Assembly: GCA_963663545.1 (NCBI GenBank)
Contig: OY760505.1
Span: forward strand, 2,144,001 to 2,208,000
DNA: 64,000 nt
Origin: Candidatus Delongbacteria bacterium
GTDB lineage: Bacteria; CAIWAD01
Reading direction: 5' to 3'
Under the pieces are notes generated by a model. That model was not told where the DNA came from and made no database searches. It worked only from the letters and a program-made list of their open reading frames with translations. Positions 9,675-19,692 of the stretch are shown here, piece after piece (within the stretch, counting starts at the first letter, position 1; the number at the start of each line of letters is the position of its first letter). A program made the translations under genes and the position numbers.

Positions 9675-10708
9675 TCGTCGATTTGAACGCGGCGCAGACG
9701 TGCGGCGGCGGCTTCCGGCGGAACCTGGTTGATGTAGAACCCGGTGCCCCATTCAAAGCCGGCCACTTCGGTCAACCGCGGCAGGATCTCCACGTGCCAG
9801 TGCCAGTCGTATTGAAGAGTATCCCAGTAATTCGCGCGACGCCGTCCGTGCGAGGAATTGGGCGCCGTGTGGAATACGAAGTTGAAAGGAGGATCGTTGA
9901 GTTCGATACGCAGCTTCTTGAGCACAATGTGCATCGTGCGAGCAAGCTCGCGCACCATGTCATCGCTGGCCAGCGCGAAATCGTGATGATGACGTCGCGG
10001 CAGAACCATTACCTCATAAGGGAAGCGGGACGCGTAAGGACAAATGGCGATGAAGTGCTCGCCCAGATGTACTACACGTTCGCCCGATTCCATCTCCTGC
10101 GCGATGATGTCGCAGAAGAGGCAGCGTTCCTTCACCTGGAAGTGCTCGCGCGCGCTCTGCAGCTCCTGGGCCACTGTCTGCGGAGTAATGGGCGTTGCGA
10201 TGATCTGTGTATGCGGGTGGGCGATGCTTGCACCGGCCCGTGATCCGTAGTTCTTGAAAATGAGCACATAGCGCAGTCGCGGATCGCGCATCAGATCCTG
10301 CAGGCGGCTGCGGTAGGCCATGAAGATGAGATCCATCTGCTGCGGGCTCATCTCGGCCATGTGGCGAATGTGACGCGGCGTTTCAATAAGCACTTCGTGT
10401 GCGCCGATGCCGTTCATGGCATCGTACATGCCCCGCCCCTCGCGCTGGGCGGCGCCTTCGACCTGCAGGGCGGGATACTTGTTGGGCACAACGCGCAATT
10501 CCCATCCCGGACCGTTGGCGGGGCTGCCCTGTGGGCGCACCGCGTAAATCTCGTGGGGCGTTGTGTGCTCCATGCCGTGGCAGAAGGGGCAAGCCGGATT
10601 GCTGGGGAATTCGAGCTCACCGTGGTACTGCATCGCCCGGGCACCACGTTCGACAGCGACAATTACCCAGCGGCGTTGAATCGGATCATGACGGAGTTCG
10701 GGCATCAT
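9671..10708 (-). CDS. galT: Galactose-1-phosphate uridylyltransferase-like (GalT/HIT family)
   Basis: CPFC, RVVPNKYPAL, GAHEV, HPHTQ active site and AGFEWGTG. Confidence 0.92.
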   Translation of the reverse strand: MMPELRHDPIQRRWVIVAVERGARAMQYHGELEFPSNPACPFCHGMEHTTPHEIYAVRPQGSPANGPGWELRVVPNKYPALQVEGAAQREGRGMYDAMNGIGAHEVLIETPRHIRHMAEMSPQQMDLIFMAYRSRLQDLMRDPRLRYVLIFKNYGSRAGASIAHPHTQIIATPITPQTVAQELQSAREHFQVKERCLFCDIIAQEMESGERVVHLGEHFIAICPYASRFPYEVMVLPRRHHHDFALASDDMVRELARTMHIVLKKLRIELNDPPFNFVFHTAPNSSHGRRRANYWDTLQYDWHWHVEILPRLTEVAGFEWGTGFYINQVPPEAAAARLRRVQIDE

Positions 10709-11037
10709 CAGCTCCTGGACTTGCCGCGTTTTGCGGTTGGCGCGCTGGGTTTCTTTGCGGTGGCCTTAGGCTTGGCCGCAGCGGAGGTCTTCGCTTTTGC
10801 CGTTGTGGTGGCGCGGGGCTTGGTTGCAGCAGCGGTTGCAGGCTCGGGCGTCTCACCCAGGCAATCGGCTCGCCAGCTACATCCCATCTGATCGCAGTGG
10901 CCGTCTACGGCGGTTCCGAAGCAGTCCCAGTTGCCTTCCGAGCGCTGGATCAACTGAATCAGTTCACCCTTTTTCGCGGCGCGCGGAATCTTGATGCCGT
11001 GGTTCTTGGCCAGGGTACGAACGTCATTCATTTTCAT
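10708..11037 (-). CDS. SAP/Rho-N-like small protein with 4-Cys motif and Lys/Ala-rich tail
   Basis: KKGELIQLIQRSEGNWDCFGT...CDQMGCSWRADC followed by a histone-H1-like tail. GGAG-like RBS (AGGAGAACAGTC-ATG). Confidence 0.8.
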   Translation of the reverse strand: MKMNDVRTLAKNHGIKIPRAAKKGELIQLIQRSEGNWDCFGTAVDGHCDQMGCSWRADCLGETPEPATAAATKPRATTTAKAKTSAAAKPKATAKKPSAPTAKRGKSRS

Positions 11038-11164
11038 GACTGTTCTCCTAGAAAAGGCTCATGGTTGCGGCCAAGGTAGCAATTCGATCCAATCGCACCA
11101 GCCTCAGCGAATTGTATCTACGCGCCCTGCATTTTAGATTCAGGCATCCAAGCTGGAGAACGAT

Positions 11165-11500
11165 ATGAAGATTACTAGTACGCTCCAGGGCGACGTACTC
11201 CTGGTCAAGGTGCAAGGCAACCTGTTGGGTGGTCCCGACGCCGACACCTTCTACAACATGATCAAGGAGCATCTGGACCAGGGAGTGCGGAAGTTTGTCG
11301 TCGACATGGGTGGCGTCAAGCTGATGAATTCCTCGGGTCTGGGGATTCTGATCAAGTCGCTCAAGCCCGTGAAGGAAGCCGACGGCGATCTGGTGCTGGC
11401 TTCGGTGACGGAGAAAATCAATTCTCTGTTCATGATCACCAAGCTCTATCAGGTGTTCCGCAGCTTCGACAGCGTCGAAGAGGCGTTTGCCGCTTTTTAA
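11165..11500 (+). CDS. STAS anti-sigma-factor antagonist (RsbV/SpoIIAA-like)
   Basis: VVDMGGVKLMNSSGLGIL phosphoacceptor motif and GGAG RBS. Confidence 0.92.
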   Translation: MKITSTLQGDVLLVKVQGNLLGGPDADTFYNMIKEHLDQGVRKFVVDMGGVKLMNSSGLGILIKSLKPVKEADGDLVLASVTEKINSLFMITKLYQVFRSFDSVEEAFAAF

Positions 11501-11524
11501 TCCTGATGTCCAGCCATTCCGGAA

Positions 11525-12952
11525 GTGACGATGCCTTCCCTTCCTAATGAGGTTGGTCGTGATATTACCCGGGGGCTGGACTGTCTGAGGCAGCTGCTTC
11601 AACAGCCCGCAGCATCGGGAATGACCAGCGAACAGCGTGCGCAACTGGAAGCCTGCGTACAGGCCCTCGAGGCTTGTCGCGGGCTTAGCGTCGATGTAGC
11701 ACGCAGCGAGCGCGAACGCCGCGAGAACCAACTGCTGCGCGAGATTACACTGCGACTGGGGCCGGAACTTACCGTCGAGCGTTTGTCTCACCTGATCATG
11801 GATACTTTGGTCGAGCTGATTCCCTACGACGCAGCTGGCCTCTATTTCCTCGACGACAGGCAGCAGACTTTTTGGGAAACGCTGCGCGGCTACGCCACCG
11901 ACCGCCTGCACCTGGTGAAGCGCAAGCTCGATCGCGGAATCATGCGCTGGATGCTGGAGAACAGGAAGCCGGTAATCGTGCCGGATGTATCACAGCATCC
12001 TTTGTATTACAACGCACGCGAACAGACTCGCAGTGAGCTTGTTGTTCCGATCATGATTGCGGATCGCCTGATTGGCGTCTTCAATCTAGAATCGGATGAG
12101 CTGGATAATTTCAACGAGCAGGACTTGATCCTGCTTACGGTGTTTGCCAATCAAGTGGCCAATGTCACTGAGCAGGTGCTACTGCGAGCCGACAGCAGCC
12201 GTCAGCGTCACATTGAAAAAGACCTGCGCATCGCGGGATCCATTCAACGCTCACTGCTGCCTGGAACTCCGCTGCAATTGCCGGGCTTGCACGTTTCCGG
12301 CATGAACATTTCTTCGCAGGAAATCGGCGGCGACTACTACGACCATTTCGAGATTACCGACAACGATATCGGCCTGGTGATCGCTGATGTGGCTGGCAAG
12401 GGTGTGCCCGCCAGCCTGATTATGGCCAGTTTTCGCACAGGCATTCGTCTGCTGTCGCAGCATCGCACCGAGATCACCGATATCATGGGCTACCTCAACA
12501 ATTACCTCTACGAGTTAACAGAGCCCGAGACTTTCGTGACTTCGTGTTACGGCGTTTACAACCGCAAAGAGGCAACCTTCAGTTATGTCAACGCGGGGCA
12601 CAACCCGCCCATGCACTTCCACGCGGCGACCGGCAAGGTGGATCTGCTCAGCGAAGGCGGCCTGTTGATGGGTAGTTTTCCCGATATGCCTTACGACATG
12701 GGACTGCTGCATCTGGATGTCGGCGATGTGATACTCTTTTACACCGATGGCCTGGATGAGGCGCTTTCGCCCGATGAAGTACAGTTTGGGACAGAAGGTG
12801 TGCGCGCCTGCCTTTCGGAGCACGGCCACGAGAATCCGCAGCAACTGCTTGACGCGATCATGGACGCATTGCGAGAGCATACCCAGCAACCCACTCGTCG
12901 CAAACGATTTCTTGACGATCTGACCTTGATGGTTCTGCAGCGCCAGGCCTAG
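11525..12952 (+). CDS. GAF + PP2C/SpoIIE serine phosphatase (RsbU-like)
   Basis: GAF domain (RSELVVPI), then GGDYYD, ADVAGKG, NAGHNPP, YTDG and DDLT motifs. Confidence 0.92.
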   Translation: MTMPSLPNEVGRDITRGLDCLRQLLQQPAASGMTSEQRAQLEACVQALEACRGLSVDVARSERERRENQLLREITLRLGPELTVERLSHLIMDTLVELIPYDAAGLYFLDDRQQTFWETLRGYATDRLHLVKRKLDRGIMRWMLENRKPVIVPDVSQHPLYYNAREQTRSELVVPIMIADRLIGVFNLESDELDNFNEQDLILLTVFANQVANVTEQVLLRADSSRQRHIEKDLRIAGSIQRSLLPGTPLQLPGLHVSGMNISSQEIGGDYYDHFEITDNDIGLVIADVAGKGVPASLIMASFRTGIRLLSQHRTEITDIMGYLNNYLYELTEPETFVTSCYGVYNRKEATFSYVNAGHNPPMHFHAATGKVDLLSEGGLLMGSFPDMPYDMGLLHLDVGDVILFYTDGLDEALSPDEVQFGTEGVRACLSEHGHENPQQLLDAIMDALREHTQQPTRRKRFLDDLTLMVLQRQA

Positions 12953-13055
12953 GAATAGAGATGCTCTGTCTACGTGATTTGCCTGAATCAATGGTTGTGA
13001 TACAAAGTGAAAGCGCAGAGCAGACGCGGCGTTTGCGCGTCCGCCAGGAGACCTC

Positions 13056-13547
13056 ATGAGTATTGCCATCGTTCCCGGAACCTTCGATCCGCTGACCAAT
13101 GGCCACCTCGATATCATTCGCCGGGCGGCCCATCTTTTTGATGAAGTGATTGTGCTTCTGGCAGTGAATGCTGGCAAAACGCCGATTTTTAAACTTGCTC
13201 AGCGACGTGAACTCGTGGAAGCGTGTATCACGGGGATGCCCCGCGTATGCGTTGACACACACGACGGCCTGTTGGTAGAGTACGCACAGCGTGTCGGCGC
13301 TGCTGCTCTTGTACGCGGTCTGCGTGCCATCAGCGATTTTGAAAATGAGTTTCAGATGGCCAGCGTCAACCGGCGTCTGGCTCCCGACATCGAGACGGTG
13401 TTTCTGACTCCGACGCACGAGTGGACGTATTTGAATGCCAGTCTGGTGCGTGAACTGTGGCGCTTTGGTGGCGACTTCAGCGCTTTTGTACCGGAACCTG
13501 TGCTGGCGGCAATGCAGAAGCTCAAAGAGGCATCTACCCGCTCGTGA
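13056..13547 (+). CDS. coaD: Pantetheine-phosphate adenylyltransferase
   Basis: PGTFDPLTNGHLDII and RGLRAISDFENE. Confidence 0.97.
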   Translation: MSIAIVPGTFDPLTNGHLDIIRRAAHLFDEVIVLLAVNAGKTPIFKLAQRRELVEACITGMPRVCVDTHDGLLVEYAQRVGAAALVRGLRAISDFENEFQMASVNRRLAPDIETVFLTPTHEWTYLNASLVRELWRFGGDFSAFVPEPVLAAMQKLKEASTRS

Positions 13548-13581
13548 TACACGGGCGTTTTGTAATACACAAGGAAGTCCC

Positions 13582-14553
13582 ATGAATATTCTAGAACAGA
13601 TCCAAGACCGGGCGCGCCTTCTGAAGCGCCATATCATTCTGGCCGAAGGCACAGACCCGCGCATGGTCGAGGCAGCGCGCGAGCTCAAGGAGAAGGATGT
13701 CTGCGAGATCACGCTCATCGGCAACCGTGCCGAGGTCGAGCGTCTTGCCGCTGCGCAAGGACTTAGCCTGAAAGCGCGCGAGATCGTCGATCCTGCGCAG
13801 TCCGAGTGGCTGGATGGTTTCGCCAACGAGTTCTTCCAGATGCGCAAAGCCAAAGGCATGACCTACGAGAAGGCCCGCGAGCTGTTGCAGAACGAGCTCT
13901 ATTTCTCGGCCTTTATGGTGCGCAGCGCTAAGGCCCATGGCAGTGTGGGCGGCGCTGTCAACACCACCGGCGATGTGATACGCGCTGGTTTGCACGTGTT
14001 AGGCATGGCCAAAGGAATGAAGGTCGTCTCCTCGTCCTTTCTGATGGTGCTGGCTGATGGTCGCAACCTTAGCATGGGCGATTGCGCCATCGTGCCGGAT
14101 CCCAACCCCGAGCAGCTGGCCTCCATCGCCATCGCTTCCGCCCGTACCCACGAGGCCCTCACGGGCGAGCAACCGCGCGTTGCGATGCTCAGCTTCTCGA
14201 CCATGGGAAGTGCTCATCACCCGGCTGTGCAGAAGGTGCGCGATGCCCTGGCCGTCGTCAAGGAACTGGAGCCGGATCTGGCCGTGGACGGCGAGCTGCA
14301 GCTCGATGCTGCCATCGTTCCCGCCATTGGTTCCAAGAAGGCGCCGGGCAGCAAGATTGCCGGCAATGCCAACGTGCTGATTTTCCCGGATCTCAACGCG
14401 GGGAACATCGGCTACAAGCTCACAGAGCGCTTGGGTGGTGCTCAGGCCATCGGCCCGACGGTGCAGGGATTGGCTGCGCCGTACATGGACCTTTCCCGCG
14501 GCTGCAAGGCCAGCGACATCGTTAACGTGGCGGCAATCGCTGCGCTGATGTAA
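13582..14553 (+). CDS. pta: Phosphate acetyltransferase
   Basis: AMLSFST, DGELQLDAA, FPDLNAGNIGYK and DLSRG motifs. Start at MNILEQ with an AAGGA RBS. Confidence 0.95.
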   Translation: MNILEQIQDRARLLKRHIILAEGTDPRMVEAARELKEKDVCEITLIGNRAEVERLAAAQGLSLKAREIVDPAQSEWLDGFANEFFQMRKAKGMTYEKARELLQNELYFSAFMVRSAKAHGSVGGAVNTTGDVIRAGLHVLGMAKGMKVVSSSFLMVLADGRNLSMGDCAIVPDPNPEQLASIAIASARTHEALTGEQPRVAMLSFSTMGSAHHPAVQKVRDALAVVKELEPDLAVDGELQLDAAIVPAIGSKKAPGSKIAGNANVLIFPDLNAGNIGYKLTERLGGAQAIGPTVQGLAAPYMDLSRGCKASDIVNVAAIAALM

Positions 14554-14580
14554 GGGCCAAGCACGCATATTCGCACATCG

Positions 14581-14612
14581 ACAGGCTCCGTCTTGCGGCG
14601 GGGCCTGTTTTG
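14581..14612 (+). terminator. Intrinsic terminator after pta
   Basis: ACAGGCTCCGTC-TTGC-GGCGGGGCCTGT followed by T residues. Confidence 0.7.
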
Positions 14613-14756
14613 CTTTTCGCGCTGTCGCGTGAGCCAGTGCCCGCTCTAGCAGAAGCGTGTCTTCTGTTGTCAAAGTTAAGACAGCCAAAGAAAGATGCTC
14701 CTAGAAAACATTTGTGTGCTATCCTGAATGCGATTCGCAAGCAGGAGGACAAGAGG

Positions 14757-17012
14757 ATGACTAGCAGATGGACTTCGTTTTTGATCGTGATGTTCATAGC
14801 TCTTCCGGCGATGGCGGTGGAGTGGGACAATTCGTTCAATCTCCCCGGTGTGGACGGACAAGTCAACGCCATCGTAGAAACGGATCAGGGGCTTGTGGTG
14901 GCAGGCAAATTTGCATCGGTTGCCGGTGTAAAGGCCTACAACGTTGCCATGTATCACGCAGGAAGCTGGCAGTCGCTGGATGAGGGCCTTGGATTTGGCA
15001 CAACCATCTACGATCTGGCTGTGGACGATCAGGGGCACCTCTTCGCCTGTGGCACAATTCAGATTGGCAGCGAGTACTCGCTGGTTGCGCGGCTGGGAGA
15101 AAGCGGCTGGGAGGATTTGGGCCTCGACTTCGACGATTGGCGACGTGCGTCTGTGCTCGCCTGGGACGAGGACGGCTTGTGGATTGGTGGCAATTTCCGC
15201 GAAGTGAATGGAATGGCGGCTACCGGCCTCGCACTCTGGAATGACGGAGCGGTGAGAGTGCCGGTTACGTTGGTCAACGAGGACTTTGCGCCTTTTATTA
15301 GCGACTTGTTGCCTACATCGAGCGGGATGGTGGTTGCTGGTAGTTTTGACGGCACCAGTGAATTCAATGCAAGCGGGTTGCTGCGCTATCAGGATGGCAC
15401 ATGGGAGGGAGTAAACACCGATCCCATCGACGGAAGTATCACGACACTAACGGAGTACTTCGGCTTTCTAATGGTTGGCGGGTATTTCACACAGATTGGT
15501 GGCGTATCACAGCAGGGATTTGCCATTTACACAGGCAGTTCCTGGACAACGCCGTGTATCACGGCAGATACCTATGTCAGCGCAATGGCAGTATCCGGCA
15601 GCGAGATCTGGGTGGTCGGGGACAGCGAGCACCCGCTGTGTCACTGGAACGGTGCCAGCTGGGAGGTGCTGCCTGTGCAAGGAGGATATCCGGTTGTGCG
15701 CGCTTTGCTGACTATGGACAATGGCGAAGTGGCGATCGGCGGTAGCTTTATTGGTTTGGGTGATACGCCGGCGGCGAGCCTTGCGCACGCCAGCGCAAGT
15801 GGAGTTATGTCATACGCTATGCCGGGCCTCAATAAAGGGCTGCAGGCTTCCGGCGTTTCCAGCTCTCCTCAGTATGTGACACATCTGCTGGCCAACAATG
15901 GTCAAGTAGTGATGGAGGCCAATGTCAACGGTGCCGATGGCAAGGCGCTCGGGCGAGTTCCCTTGTGGCAAGACGGCAACTGGAGCGCGCTCAGCAGTGA
16001 GTCGATCGTGGACGCGGTTACCATGAATGACCAGTACATCGTGATTGCTGATATCAACGGTGTGTCACGAATGGACCGTGATACAGGTACATGGGCTCAG
16101 CTTGGAGGTCAGAATGAAATTTCGGGTGTGATTACCGATTTGATGTTCTGGGGCGATAGACTTATGGCCACTGGCTACTTCACACTGACCGACGAGAACG
16201 GCACGGAAAACGCACTGGTATGGTGGGATGACAATGAATCCCGCTGGCGTGGTACGGGCACAGGCGAAATCAGTGTGCAGATTACATCCATGGTTGACGC
16301 AGAGGACAGACTCTATGTCGCTGGGGCTTTCACAGTGATCGGCAACGTCTTTGCCGCCGGGTTAGCCTCCTGGGATGGCGAAAGCTGGTCTGGGGCGATT
16401 CGCGATGGGGAAGCAAATGCCAGTGCCATGCTCTGGAAAGAGGGCGAACTCTATGTGGCTTCCACTGGATTTACCGCTTCCGATGGAGGGCGCCTGGACC
16501 GGATGTCCCCGGGCGGGCAATGGACGCAGTTGCTCAGTTTGGACCAAGGTTCCATCCGTTGCATGGTTGACGATGGCGAGGGCGGCATATATCTCGGCGG
16601 TAATTTCCAGGATTTGAGTGGCAGTGGGGCTAACAACCTGGCGCACTGGTCACCGGAAGGAGTGAGCCCGATTGGCAATGCCGACGGTGAGGTGATGACC
16701 ATGGACCTGGACGGTCGCACACTCTACCTGGGGGGCAGTTTTCGCATGCTGGAGGATGTTCCCTCTTACGGGTTCGGTATCTGCACGCTGGAAGACCGCA
16801 GCCCGGTACGAAACGTGGCCATCAGGTACACGCAGCAGGGGCTTCAGCTCAGCTGGGATCGTGGCGCAGACACTCGCTGGCGCGTGTATCACATGAATTC
16901 GCCCTACGCCGAAGACGGTGTACTACTTGCAGAAGTCATTCAGCCCTTGTGGAATACACCGCGCGAAGTACTTCGCCAGACAGGTTGGTTTCGTGTTACA
17001 GCGATCCGCTAG
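14757..17012 (+). CDS. Secreted beta-propeller repeat protein (Rax2-like xxGGxF repeats) with LSWD...PY...FRVTA C-terminal domain
   Basis: Signal peptide, repeated LYVGGxFT/xAxWDGxxW units and a distinct C-terminal beta domain. Confidence 0.8.
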   Translation: MTSRWTSFLIVMFIALPAMAVEWDNSFNLPGVDGQVNAIVETDQGLVVAGKFASVAGVKAYNVAMYHAGSWQSLDEGLGFGTTIYDLAVDDQGHLFACGTIQIGSEYSLVARLGESGWEDLGLDFDDWRRASVLAWDEDGLWIGGNFREVNGMAATGLALWNDGAVRVPVTLVNEDFAPFISDLLPTSSGMVVAGSFDGTSEFNASGLLRYQDGTWEGVNTDPIDGSITTLTEYFGFLMVGGYFTQIGGVSQQGFAIYTGSSWTTPCITADTYVSAMAVSGSEIWVVGDSEHPLCHWNGASWEVLPVQGGYPVVRALLTMDNGEVAIGGSFIGLGDTPAASLAHASASGVMSYAMPGLNKGLQASGVSSSPQYVTHLLANNGQVVMEANVNGADGKALGRVPLWQDGNWSALSSESIVDAVTMNDQYIVIADINGVSRMDRDTGTWAQLGGQNEISGVITDLMFWGDRLMATGYFTLTDENGTENALVWWDDNESRWRGTGTGEISVQITSMVDAEDRLYVAGAFTVIGNVFAAGLASWDGESWSGAIRDGEANASAMLWKEGELYVASTGFTASDGGRLDRMSPGGQWTQLLSLDQGSIRCMVDDGEGGIYLGGNFQDLSGSGANNLAHWSPEGVSPIGNADGEVMTMDLDGRTLYLGGSFRMLEDVPSYGFGICTLEDRSPVRNVAIRYTQQGLQLSWDRGADTRWRVYHMNSPYAEDGVLLAEVIQPLWNTPREVLRQTGWFRVTAIR

Positions 17013-17013
17013 T

Positions 17014-17057
17014 TGTGATACAAAGAAGCCGGCATTTGCCGGCTTCTTTGTATCACA
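17014..17057. terminator. Bidirectional terminator, perfect 20-bp stem
   Basis: TGTGATACAAAGAAGCCGGC-ATTT-GCCGGCTTCTTTGTATCACA. Confidence 0.85.
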
Positions 17058-17072
17058 TGTTGTTTATCTCGA

Positions 17073-17204
17073 CTACAAGATGCAGGCAAACAGAATCAAC
17101 AGGAGCAGAAAGAGCGGGCTGGAGAACCAGATGTCCACAGGCATTCCAAGAACTCTTTTCCTCTGGAAGATGCGTGCACGACTACGCAGAGATAGCGTTC
17201 GCAT
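17073..17204 (-). CDS. Small membrane protein (43 aa)
   Basis: AGGAG RBS, then MRTLSLRSRARIFQRKRVLGMPVDIWFSSPLFLLLLILFACIL*. Ends just before the terminator. Confidence 0.55.
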   Translation of the reverse strand: MRTLSLRSRARIFQRKRVLGMPVDIWFSSPLFLLLLILFACIL

Positions 17205-17449
17205 AATTGACTCCTGTCGAGATTCATGTCGGTCTTAGGGCTTGGGGTCCGCTAGACGCGGTCGTTGAGCGAAATGCAAGAGCCGTGCCATTGAGCCGGA
17301 TTTTGGCTCATTGTAATACACGCGTTGATTTTGTTGAGATTAGGGGTGCTATAAATGGCACCGTAATCAATTCCAAACACAGCGGGTGATCAAAATAGAG
17401 CAGGCCTGTTCAGGATCTGGTCAGTTCGATGCTGTGTGTTCGGAGCCTC

Positions 17450-18271
17450 TCAGGCAGCCGATTCCGGAAGATGCCCAAGACGGCGAAGTCGATTGTATTC
17501 ACGCAACAGAGAGGGCAAGTTGCGCCGAATCCACTCTTCGGCTTGATGATGTGCAGGAAAGGCGGCTTCGCGAAGGCGAAACTCGGCATGGTGGAACACC
17601 GCACGTGTTCCCGCCGCACGTGAGCCAAGAGCCGCGTGTAGCAACTCATGATGCAGCACATCATTCAGTACGAATTCGGGAACACGAGGTAGGCGGCAGA
17701 CGGCGTGCAGCCCGACGCTGTTATCGGCGGGGCGGTATCTGCCCAGGATTCGACGGCTGCTGCTGTGATACCAATGGACACTGGGCAAGGCAGACGTGGC
17801 CAGCTCCGGGATCCAGCCTTCGATAATGTGTCGCGCACGAGCGGCGAGCATTGGATCACTTTGTATCACGCGCGCAATCGGGGTCAGGTCAAGGCTCAGA
17901 CCTTGATAGACGGCAAGGTGTTCCTGCGGTGGCCTGAGGCCACGGGCGCGATGCAGTAGCACAATTCCCAGGCTTAGGGCGCCCGCGGGATTTCCAGAAA
18001 TCAACTGTGCTGCAAAAGAGAACGACCAGCCCTTGTCCGTAAGGCGCACACTGCCCAGGGTGTTTCTGTTGTTGCGCGCCCTGGCCAGAACGAGTTGTGC
18101 TTTCCGCGGACCCTTGACCCGTCCCTTGACCGCGATCCGGTTCTCCTCGGCCTGAAGTTGTGCCACAATCTCATCAAGACAAACAGGGGCTTTCTGCCGG
18201 GCAATGGGCAAAAAGTCGGGCGAAGACAAGGGCAGACGAAGCTGCAACTCTGACGACGTCTCTCTGATCAT
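17450..18271 (-). CDS. SprT/YgjP(M48)-like zinc metalloprotein
   Basis: LGRY...PEFVLNDVLHHELLHA...HHAEFR (HExxH). Start is 18271 or 18307. Confidence 0.75.
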   Translation of the reverse strand: MIRETSSELQLRLPLSSPDFLPIARQKAPVCLDEIVAQLQAEENRIAVKGRVKGPRKAQLVLARARNNRNTLGSVRLTDKGWSFSFAAQLISGNPAGALSLGIVLLHRARGLRPPQEHLAVYQGLSLDLTPIARVIQSDPMLAARARHIIEGWIPELATSALPSVHWYHSSSRRILGRYRPADNSVGLHAVCRLPRVPEFVLNDVLHHELLHAALGSRAAGTRAVFHHAEFRLREAAFPAHHQAEEWIRRNLPSLLREYNRLRRLGHLPESAA

Positions 18272-18395
18272 GGTGCCAAGGTAGCACCTGTGTATCACGT
18301 GAATCAACGCTTCGCACGGGAAGACACGGCTTTGCTAACTTGCTGTCAACAAACTTTGTCAGGATTAGCAGGTGAACCCTGCCCAAGGAGAAATC

Positions 18396-19529
18396 ATGTC
18401 TTTCAATCGAGAGCAGATACTGGATTGGATTCAGAACATCGGACTCGATCAGGGTGCCGATGCACATCGTCGCGGGTGGTTGCGCGAGATTGATCTGCGC
18501 GATGATGGCGTCTTTGTTTACCTGGAAGTTCCCGCAGGGGATGCAGATCTTCCTCGTCGTGTCACAGAACAACTTCGCCAGCAATTAGGTGCGAAAGCCA
18601 ATGCGCGCGTAGAGGTGCTTGTGCGCATCGCGCGTGCCGAAGAAGCGTGCGGTTGCGGTGATGATTGTGGTTGCGAAAGTGATCATGATGACGATTGTGG
18701 TTGCGGCTCGGATCACGATCACGGGCACGCTCATAGCCATGCCCAGCCGACCGATGATCCCAATGAGATGCCCAAGCTGTTGGGACAAGTGAAGCACGTC
18801 ATCGCGGTCGCTTCTGGCAAGGGCGGCGTGGGCAAGAGTGCGATTGCGGCCAATCTCGCCATCAGTTTGGCGCGAGAAGGCTATCGCACGGGTTTGCTTG
18901 ACGCCGACATCTACGGCCCCTCCATGCCACTGCTGATGGGAAGTCGCCAGCGACCCCAGGTGCAGAACGGAAAGCTGATGCCGCTGGAGACCAAAGGTGT
19001 GCTGTCCATGTCGCTCGGTTACTTGATCGAGCCCGACAGCGCCATGATTTGGCGTGGTCCGATGGTAATGTCGGCGCTTACGCAATTGATGCAGGATGTG
19101 GTATGGCCGGAACTTGACTTCCTCGTTGTGGACATGCCCCCTGGAACCGGTGATGCACAGTTGACAATGGCGCAGCGCGTACAGATGGCGGGCGCAATTG
19201 TCGTCTCCACTCCGCAAGAAATGGCGCTGGAGGATGCACGCAAGGCCATCAACATGTTCCGCAAGGTGAATGTGCCCGTCTTGGGGCTGGTTGAGAACAT
19301 GAGCTGGTTCCGCTGCGACAACTGTGATAAGCGTCACTACCTGTTTGGCGAAAACGGAGTCAAGCGCGAGGCTGAAGTGCAGCAGCTTGAATTGCTGGCG
19401 CAGTTGCCATTGCTGCCGGTGATTCGCGAGAGTGGCGATCAGGGTGATCCGGTCGTCCTGCATAACGAAGAAGTTGCGGAAATCTTCCGCGGCATGGTGG
19501 ACAAGCTGCTGGCGAAAGTCGAGGCTTGA
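18396..19529 (+). CDS. apbC: Mrp/NBP35 (ApbC) Fe-S cluster carrier ATPase
   Basis: SGKGGVGKS, DADIYGPS, WRGPM, DMPPGTGD and ENMS..CxxC motifs. AAGGAG RBS. Confidence 0.93.
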   Translation: MSFNREQILDWIQNIGLDQGADAHRRGWLREIDLRDDGVFVYLEVPAGDADLPRRVTEQLRQQLGAKANARVEVLVRIARAEEACGCGDDCGCESDHDDDCGCGSDHDHGHAHSHAQPTDDPNEMPKLLGQVKHVIAVASGKGGVGKSAIAANLAISLAREGYRTGLLDADIYGPSMPLLMGSRQRPQVQNGKLMPLETKGVLSMSLGYLIEPDSAMIWRGPMVMSALTQLMQDVVWPELDFLVVDMPPGTGDAQLTMAQRVQMAGAIVVSTPQEMALEDARKAINMFRKVNVPVLGLVENMSWFRCDNCDKRHYLFGENGVKREAEVQQLELLAQLPLLPVIRESGDQGDPVVLHNEEVAEIFRGMVDKLLAKVEA

Positions 19530-19692
19530 TCGCTTTCGGCCCGGGCACAGAGTAGAGCTGTCTCTCTTTGCGGAAGAAGTGACACCTCACTCGGTGTTAC
19601 TACTTTGTTCATTACCTCTTGGTACAGCAGTTCAGCTGCTTGATCCAGGTCGGGCCATTTTCTACTTTCATTGCAGAATCGATGGAGGATAC

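Noticed and set aside
11048..11911. 287-aa - strand ORF
   Set aside because: Antisense to the STAS and PP2C genes.
12858..13859. 333-aa - strand ORF
   Set aside because: Antisense to coaD/pta, with no motifs.
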